NCBI RefSeq assembly: GCF_006345805.1
Contig: NW_021834787.1
Location: 1 to 64,000 of the forward strand
Source: Octopus sinensis
Lineage: Eukaryota
Direction: 5' to 3'
DNA length: 64,000 nt
Positions within the stretch are counted from its first letter, which is position 1, and every line of letters begins with the position of its first letter. The notes below the pieces were generated by a model. The model searched no databases, had not been told where the DNA came from, and saw only the letters and a program-made list of their open reading frames with translations. The translations under genes and the position numbers were made by a program. Of the stretch, positions 56,001 to 64,000 are shown one piece after another.

Positions 56001-57881
56001 AGACTTGGTTAAGAAACTAGAAGAGGCACTTACCACTGGCAGCGCAACCAACGTGCTGGCTGCGAGGATGGCCCTCGACCAACACCTCAACGCCAAGAAC
56101 GAAGGTTGAGTCGTCAGAGCTAAAATGCGTGCCTTAAGGAAGGAAGGGATCGAAGCTGTTCGAGAGGCCCGTGTAGCGGAGGCGCAGCGTGGAAACAGAG
56201 CCACAATTCGGTCTCTAATAGATCAACAGGGATGCAGTTTACTCGAACCCGAAAGGATGTGTGAGGCCTTTCAACAGCACTTTGCTCGACTGTTTGGTGC
56301 GAGTGGTGGGTCGGAACGCGGGATGGATTTCAGTGTCTACCTGACCGACCTGCCGCGGCTCTCGGCAAGAGAAGCGGAGTGTTGTGAAAGTCCCACCACA
56401 GCCGCTGACGTGTGGGATGCGATGGCGGGCTGCGCGGGGGATAAGTCGCCTGGATTGGATGGTTTACCCTACGAGCTGTATTGTCAAATGCCAGACTTAT
56501 TTGGCGACCTCTTGGCATCAGTCTACTGCAACTGGCAACAAAACGGGAGAATCCCCGGTTTCGTGAGCCGAGGTGCAGTGACGTTGCTGAAGAAAGTCCC
56601 AAACAAGGGGAATTTTATAGATAATTTCAGGCCCATCACTCTGCTCAACGCAGATTTGAAAATTTTGGCCAAAGTAATAGGCGAGAGGTTGGCGCTTGTC
56701 ATTGGTAAACTGGTCGACAGGGCGCAAACATGCGCCGTGCCGGGCAGAACCATACATGACAACCTCCATCTGATGCGCTACATTGTGGACAGGGTAGTTA
56801 AGGATCCTGGCATGGGTGGGGCGCTGATAAATTTGGATCAGTCTAAAGCCTTTGATAGGGTCGACCATCGGTACTTGGCGGCCGTCCTCAGGGCGGCTGG
56901 CTTCGGTCCCGTCTTCCGCGGTTGGATCGCTGCCTTGCATAGCGGCATCTGATCGGTGATTCGGGTGAACGTTCACCTGTCGAAACCGTTTGATATCACG
57001 CGTTCGGTCCGTCAGGGGTGTCCCCTGTCGGCGCTTCTGTATGTATTGACTCTCGAGCCGCTACTGCGGAAGCTGGCGACACTGAGGGGCATCCCACGGG
57101 AACTGGGTTGTGGGACGAGCATGTCGGCATATGCGGACGATGTCACCGTCATAGTGTCGAGCGACAAACACATCAAGATGATAGGCGAGACACTAAGAAA
57201 ATACGAAACGGTGACGAGAGTAAAGATTAACCCGGAAAAGTCAGTGGGTTTGCTACTCGGCACCTGGAGAAGCAAGCCCATGCCGTCCGACTGCGGATCA
57301 GTAGTGGGACGCTGGACGGACGGACCGGTTAAATTGCTCGGGGTCTGGTTCAGTCCGGACCTCCAAATGGATAAGAACTGGGACGAGATCACGAGTAGAG
57401 TGATCGCTCTCAACCAACATGGGCCGAGAGAAAGCTGTCTCTAAAAGGCCGGGCGGAGGTGACGAACGCGTACATCTCATCCGTCATCGATTACCGCCTG
57501 ACCATCGTACCTTGTCCCGACGCCACCATCACCAAACTGGAACGCATACTCTTCCTCTTCCTGTTGAAGGGTGGCGTTCCGATGGTGAGGAAGTCCATTT
57601 GCTGTCAACATCCGTTGAATGGAGGACTGGGCATGCCGTGGTTGATGATGCGCAGGCATGCGCTGAGACTGCGACATCTCTGGAACTTCATCGACGACGG
57701 TGAACAGGTGTGGGCGCCGTTTGTGAGGTGCGACTTCCCGCAGCTCGTCTCACTGACCGAACTGCAAACGTGGATCAAAAAGAGACCGAAACTGGGCGAT
57801 TGGCACCGAGAGTGTCGCCAAGCTCTACAGCAGCTCTGCCGACCGGGGTCAAACTTGTGCAACTTACAAACGACTAAAGCG
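53067..57881 (+). mobile_element. Tx1/L1-clade LINE subfamily A, intact 5' end, 3'-truncated at a SINE
   Basis: Same 5' GGACGTGCTGTCACTTCGGCTC; ORF1 53263-54976 in pieces; ORF2 from 55069. Confidence 0.88.
55069..57881 (+). pseudogene. ORF2 (APE-RT) of subfamily A
   Basis: GCVNARGL, VYAP, GDWN, YLDR, SYTDH, RT motifs; in-frame stops at ~55801, ~56108 and ~56950, frameshift at ~57420. Confidence 0.9.
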
Positions 57882-58152
57882 TGACGGGGACATAAACACA
57901 CCAGCATCGGTTGTCAAGCAATGCTAAGGGGACAAACAGAGACACACAAACACACACACATACACATATATATATACATACATAAATACGACAGCCTTCT
58001 TTCAGTTTCCTTCTACCAAATCCACTCACAAGGCATTGGTCGGCCCGGGGCTATAGCAGAAGACACTTGCCCAAGATGCCACGCAGTGGGACTGAACCCG
58101 GAACCATGTGGTTGGTTAGCAAGCTACTTACCACACAGCCACTCCTGCGCCT
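57882..58152 (-). mobile_element. SINE family A (5' two-thirds)
   Basis: Head ...cagccactcctgcgcct ends at 58152. Confidence 0.85.
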
Positions 58153-58212
58153 ATGTATAACTCTATTTTAATACTTTTGCGATAACCAGTACATAACACT
58201 ACAAAGCTCATA

Positions 58213-59483
58213 CGAGGGACGTTCAATAAGTAATGCCCCTGACCCACTTGCAGTTGTTTGATCTAGCTGAAATTTTGCATGTGCAATTATTTATATCTCT
58301 ATAGATTAAGTGGCAAATTACAGCTAATTGTGGTTACTGATTTACAGGTATTTGAACTGAGTCAAGTGTGAAATGGAGCCTGTTGAGTGTCGAGCAGTGA
58401 TCCGTTTTTGTATTTGAAAGGACGCACACCACGGGAGACTTTTGATGAAATGAATGTAACTTATGGTGATGATGCCCCATCATATGACCTTGTAAAACGC
58501 TGGCATCGTGAGTTCAAACATGGTCGGAACTCTGTGGAAACAGCTCCCATATCTGGACGCCCCCCTTCTGCCATTGATGAGGCATCTATCCGTCAAGTTG
58601 AGGCTGCCATTGTCGAAGATCGACGCATAACTATTCGCCAAATAACCCATGAGGTCAAGATTAGTACCGGGTCTGTGGAAACTATCATTCATGACCATTT
58701 GTATATGCAAAAGGTGTCTGCCAGATGGATTCCCAGGTTGCTCACACCTTTTCAGAAGCAAGAACGCGTCGAGTGCTCGAGGATGAATTTGGAGATATGT
58801 CAAGAAGATGAGTCAAAACTTTTCAAAAGACTGATTACACAGGATGAAACCTGGGTCCATCACTATGATCCAGAGACCAAAGCCCAGTCAATGCAGTGGA
58901 AGCACCGTGACTCACCTCCTCCGAAGAAGGCAAGGGTGCAGCCCTCCGCTGGCAAGGTCATAATCACAGTCTTCTGGGACCAGGACGGAGTAGTGATGAC
59001 AGATTTCCTGGCATAGGGTACCACAATTATGCTTCACTTTTGAGGAAATTAAGAGAAGCTATCAAAATCAAGAGGCGGGGTAAGATCAGCAAAGGCATCC
59101 TCCTCCTGCAGGACAACGCTCCGGTCCACAACTCCCGTGTCGCCAGATCAGAAGCACAGGCGTGCCTCTATGAACTCCTCCCCATCCTCCCTACTCTCCT
59201 GAACTTGCACCCTCTGATTTTCACCTCCTCCCAGCCATGAAGTTGTTTTTGAAAGGACAGCGTTTCCCAGATGATGCAGCCTTGATTTCCTAAGTCACGT
59301 CGTGGTTGGAGGACCAAGCTGGGGTCTTCTACAAAAACGGTCTCCAAAGCTGCATCAAACGATGGGAGAAATGCGTAACTCTGGATGGTTCCTATGTAGA
59401 AAACGTCTAATAACTGTGCCAAGTTTCGTTGCTCTACCGCTATGGGAAGTGGGTCAGGGGCATTACTTATTGAACGCCCCTCG
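58213..59483 (+). mobile_element. Complete mariner transposon (inactive)
   Basis: 37-bp TIRs CGAGGG(A/G)CGTTCAATAAGTAATGCCCCTGACCCACTT with 1 mismatch, TA TSD (58211-12 and 59484-85), 1271 bp. Confidence 0.95.
58373..59410 (+). pseudogene. Mariner DD34D transposase, disrupted
   Basis: WIPRLLT, DETW, LQDNAPVH, YSPELAPSD-like; stop at ~59014 and frameshifts. Confidence 0.9.
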
Positions 59484-59579
59484 TACAAGGCTTTACATTT
59501 TACTTTTGACAATCCTTTTCTAAAAATGTGAAACCGGTCAAGTGAATAAACATCTTTAAAATTGCATTTTCAAACCTTC

Positions 59580-59644
<65 letters not shown>

Positions 59645-59887
59645 GAATCAGAGAGAAATTACTTATTATATATTTATCATTCTTTTTATACCTTTTGGAA
59701 ACAAATATATATATATTATATTAATTATATTTATATTATTTGTTATTTATGTTTTCGTTTATGCCTATCACTGCTTGAGTTGCCTAATAGTGGTTTTATC
59801 TCTAATTCATATTTTATATATTTATACTGTGAAATTTGATTTAATACTAAATCAAATGTTTCCCTGTAAGTTTGGAGCTATACTCCC

Positions 59888-59949
<62 letters not shown>

Positions 59950-60004
59950 TATTATTATTATTATATATATATAAGCAATATATATAAAAGCAATAATATA
60001 TAAA

Positions 60005-60500
60005 AGCAATAATAAATCTCTGAGCGAGATATAAGCAGTAGCAGCACGACATGGTGATGTATATTTGTCACCTAAAAGTGGTTGACTCATTAAGGACGAT
60101 GCTACTGTAGCTTATAGCCCCAGGAAGACATCTTCTCCGGCTGTTTGTGCCCTATCAGTATTTGCAAAGGGAAATCATCGTTCCCATCTCCAGCCTGATG
60201 TGATACACATGGACCCGAGTTTCTGGGTATTGACCCGTCATCAGCATGTGACAACCAGCGGCTGGCGATGGGAAGCGATTCTCAATGCAAATGCATATAG
60301 TTTTTCCAGTGGCGAAAAAGCCACTGATCTCGAAAAAGGAGAAACGAGCAATAATAAAGCTCTGAACGACATATAAACAGTAGCAGGACGACATCGTGTC
60401 AATAGGCAGCTGGAGGACATGTCTTCCTGGTGCTACAAGCTACTGTAGCATAGTCCCTAAAGGGGTCAGCCACTTTTAGGTAGCAAATATACATCACGAT
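60005..60500 (-). mobile_element. ~342-bp highly structured hammerhead-bearing unit plus partial, internally inverted second unit
   Basis: Direct repeats 60005-56 / 60347-98; 60051-60143 is inverted at 60407-60500. Confidence 0.65.
60206..60250 (-). ncRNA. Type I hammerhead ribozyme (GUC)
   Basis: CACATG-CTGATGA-CGGGT(caat)ACCCA-GAAA-CTCGG-GTC-CATGTG; 6-bp stem I, C.A mismatch at the stem II base. Confidence 0.8.
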
Positions 60501-60526
60501 ACACACACACAGTAGACTTATTTTAG

Positions 60527-60701
60527 TTTCGAACGCAGTATAACCATGAAAACGGAAAAGATTGGGTATTAAACCCTTATGTGACGGAAAAAGTAGTCAG
60601 CAGACAACCTCCCGTGGCTGTCTACTGACTACTTTTTCCGTCACATAAGGGTTTAATACCCAGTCTTTTCCGGTGTTTTGACGGTTATACTGCGTTCGAA
60701 A
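60527..60701. repeat. 175-bp hairpin element (MITE-like)
   Basis: 60527-45 / 60683-701 and 60553-606 / 60619-672 are near-perfect inverted arms with a 12-nt loop. Confidence 0.9.
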
Positions 60702-60769
60702 TGTTACTTTCCTCTCTTATCAGTGTTATGCAAAAAACAACCAAAATGTTTATTTACATATGTTGTTAT

Positions 60770-60816
<47 letters not shown>

Positions 60817-60881
60817 TATATATGTGTGTGTGTGTGTGTTGTGTGTGTGTGTGTGTGTGTGTATGTGTGTGTGTGTGTGTG

Positions 60882-61020
60882 TACCAAATCCACTCACAAG
60901 GCTTTGGTCGGCTCGAGGCTATAGTAGAAGACACTTGCTCAAGGTGTCACGCAGTGGGAATGAACCTGGAACCATGTGGTTGGTAAGCAAGCTACTTACC
61001 ACACAGCCACTCCAGCGCCT
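60882..61020 (-). mobile_element. SINE family A, 5' part
   Basis: ccaaatccactcacaaggctttgg...cagccactccagcgcct. Confidence 0.8.
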
Positions 61021-61168
61021 ATATATATATATGTATATGTAAAAACTTACTTGGAGAAAAGAAACGAAACGACGCGAGGGCGCCCAGTGATATAATAATT
61101 TAATAAATAAAACATATGCATACATACATACATATATGTACGTACCTACATCTATGTGTATATATACA

Positions 61169-61226
<58 letters not shown>

Positions 61227-61813
61227 ATATATATGAGTACAGGACACCACAAATATATATATATGCAAATATGTACTATACTTTTCATTAAATAATAATT
61301 AATCCTATACTGAAAGGGAGAAAATGCAGACGACAGTATTAAACTGGGAAGAGGAAGACATCGAAATATATAAAATACTAGTCCTCTCCGCCTTTCATTT
61401 TTTCTCTCTGTCTCTCTGATATGTGTGTATGCGCATGCGTGTGTTTGTGTACGGATGCATATCTCTTTGGCGCCAGGCATTTCATGAAGAACTTAAACAC
61501 ACGAGGACCCGTTGGACAAGAGAGAACTGAGCAACCACGGTCGCTGAGCAACCACATTGGCGGAAGGAAGTTTGCTTGTCTTATGCCTCTTACAACACAG
61601 TAGGACTTAGAAGTCGGTGTGTTTACTGAAATTATATATTTATCTATTATAAATCCCTCTCTGTGTGTGTTAAGCATGTGTGTAGATATATATATATATA
61701 TATACACACATGTGTTAAATATTTGTAATTATTTCAAACACCTGGAACTAATTAAAAAGGTGTTAATAAACATTTATTCACAATTATATTCGTCCCATTG
61801 AATTCATTATAAG

Positions 61814-61890
<77 letters not shown>

Positions 61891-61907
61891 TATCTATATA
61901 TATATAC

Positions 61908-61954
<47 letters not shown>

Positions 61955-62025
61955 CATATATATCTATATAATTGTATGTATATGTATATATATACATATA
62001 TATATACATATATACATACATATAT

Positions 62026-62109
<84 letters not shown>

Positions 62110-62161
62110 GTGTGTGCGTGTGTGCAACACACACAAACACACAAACACACACACATACACA

Positions 62162-62229
<68 letters not shown>

Positions 62230-62469
62230 TATACATTTCCGTCGGTGATATGATGGCGGTTACGTAGAGGGGCATTAAAAGAAACTTTATCATTATATGT
62301 GGGAGGGAGGAGGAAAAATGCGTTTGTGAATAAGTGTACATTATGTGTGTGTTGGTGATATATGCACTTGTGTTTGGTTATATACATTCTTGCATACATA
62401 CATACATACATACATACATACATACATACATACATACATACATACATACATACATACATAGAAGCAATA

Positions 62470-63720
62470 TTAGTTTAAAATAAGTATTTGTATATCATAC
62501 TACTTCTGTTGTACATAACAAATTTGGTGACTACAGTTGGGATTAGTAATCCAAATGGCTGAGGACAAATATCCTCAGAGGTCCATTGTTCTCGCGTTTT
62601 GAAAGTTCGAAGGATCCATTCAGCCATCTGTTTGCATTTTATCTCCAACTTAGTAATATGCACTTGGAAAGATGCATCATTACTCATGTCATTGCCCAGG
62701 TCGCGCACTGACTTTGATTCAGGGATTCAGGGATTGATTCAGGGATCCTGGCCCAGTGAAACCTGTCTGCTTTTCATTGAGCTTCGTGTGTTGGTAGCGC
62801 AAGGCTTGGAATTTTCCAGCATTAAACTGCATGTTATTTTCCTCGGCCCACCTGTGTATTGCGTCCAACTTCCGTTGCACAACATCTCCAGAGTCCTGTA
62901 TCCTCTGAGAGACTTTTGTATCATCTGCATAGCTAGCAGGAGTGGCTAACTGAGCAGCCGAGGGCATGTCTGAGAGGGACATTATGAATAGCTGTGGCCC
63001 CAACAGAATGCTCTCTTATACTCTTATACTTGTTTCAGTCATTTGATTGTGGCCATGCTGGAGCACCGGCTTTAGTCGAGCACATCGTCCCCAGGACTTA
63101 TTCTTTGTAAGCCTAGTACTTATTCTATTGGTATCTTTTGCCGAACCGCTACATTACGGGGGACGCAAACACACCAGCATCGGTTGTCAAACGACGTTGG
63201 GGGACAAACACAGACACACACACACTCACACACAGGCACACACAGAGACACACACACACACGCACACACGCACATACATACACACACACACACACACATA
63301 TATATATACATATATATACATATATACGACGGGTTTCTTTCAGTTTCCGTCTACCAAATCCACTCACAAGCTTTGGTCGGCCCGAGGCTATAGTAGAAGG
63401 CACTTGCCCAAGATGCCACGCAGTGGGACTGAACCCGGAACCATGTGGTTGGTAAGCAAGGTACTTACCACACAGCCACTTACTCATTATTTGTGTTTCT
63501 TTGGAGGTGGCTCCGTTGGCAATTATTATCTAACTTCTATCTTTTAGAAAGTCATCTAACCATTCTTCAAGTTTTCCAGCTATGCCAAGATTATACAGCT
63601 TGTGACAAATCATAACATGGACGTCTTTATCAAAGGCTTTTGCAAAGTCAAAATATATCACGTCCACATTTAGGTTGTTGAGCAGCTGTTTTAACACCCA
63701 GTGGTAATGCTGCAAAACAT
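62470..63720 (-). pseudogene. CR1-clade RT fragment interrupted by a family A SINE (63025-63480)
   Basis: VDVIYFDFAKAFDK, GPQLF, SYADDTK, QFNAGKF, RDLG..WILRTF. Confidence 0.8.
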
Positions 63721-63893
63721 GTATGTATGTATGTATGTATGTAAGTATGTATGTATGCATGTATGCATGTATGCATGTATGTATGTATGCATGTATGTAT
63801 GTATGTATGTATGTATGTATGCATGCATGTATGTAGGTATGTATGTATATATGTATGTATGTATGTATTTATGTATTTATGTATGTATGTATG

Positions 63894-63936
<43 letters not shown>

Positions 63937-64000
63937 CACCTACAGACTCACAACAATACCTCCTCTTCAGTTCATGCCACCCAAAACACACCAAGATAAA

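Noticed and set aside
61420-61620. GC-richer island with a 12-bp direct repeat and short ORFs
   Set aside because: No frame gives a recognisable product and no flanking splice sites support an exon

Overview
Gene-free, repeat-saturated animal DNA. The SINE families and the dense (TA)n/(TATG)n/(ATT)n microsatellites look cephalopod, most likely Octopus (recognised from memory, not by database search). No host exon can be supported, and most ORFs in the track are microsatellite translations. Coding remnants are all mobile elements: a near-full-length R4/Dong-like RLE LINE in (TAA)n (12.05-16.8 kb, -), two Penelope-like elements (PLEs) in (TA)n (31.6-34.7 kb and 42.9-45.4 kb, -), a head-to-tail, partly chimeric stack of Tx1/L1-clade LINEs at (TCTA)n (46.0-57.9 kb, +), a complete dead mariner (58.2-59.5 kb), and CR1/RTE fragments. 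There are also two short Helitrons, several MITE/foldback elements and many tRNA-derived SINEs. The main finding is an ORF-less ~600-bp unit repeated ~4.3 times in tandem plus one inverted copy (2.4-5.6 kb). Every full copy carries an intact type I hammerhead ribozyme with a long stem II, so it is a candidate retrozyme/circRNA system. Several other hammerhead-bearing families occur in the window, including a U3:A8 core variant attached to a Neptune-like PLE. Frequent single-base indels suggest some long-read consensus error, so frameshifts should be read with caution.
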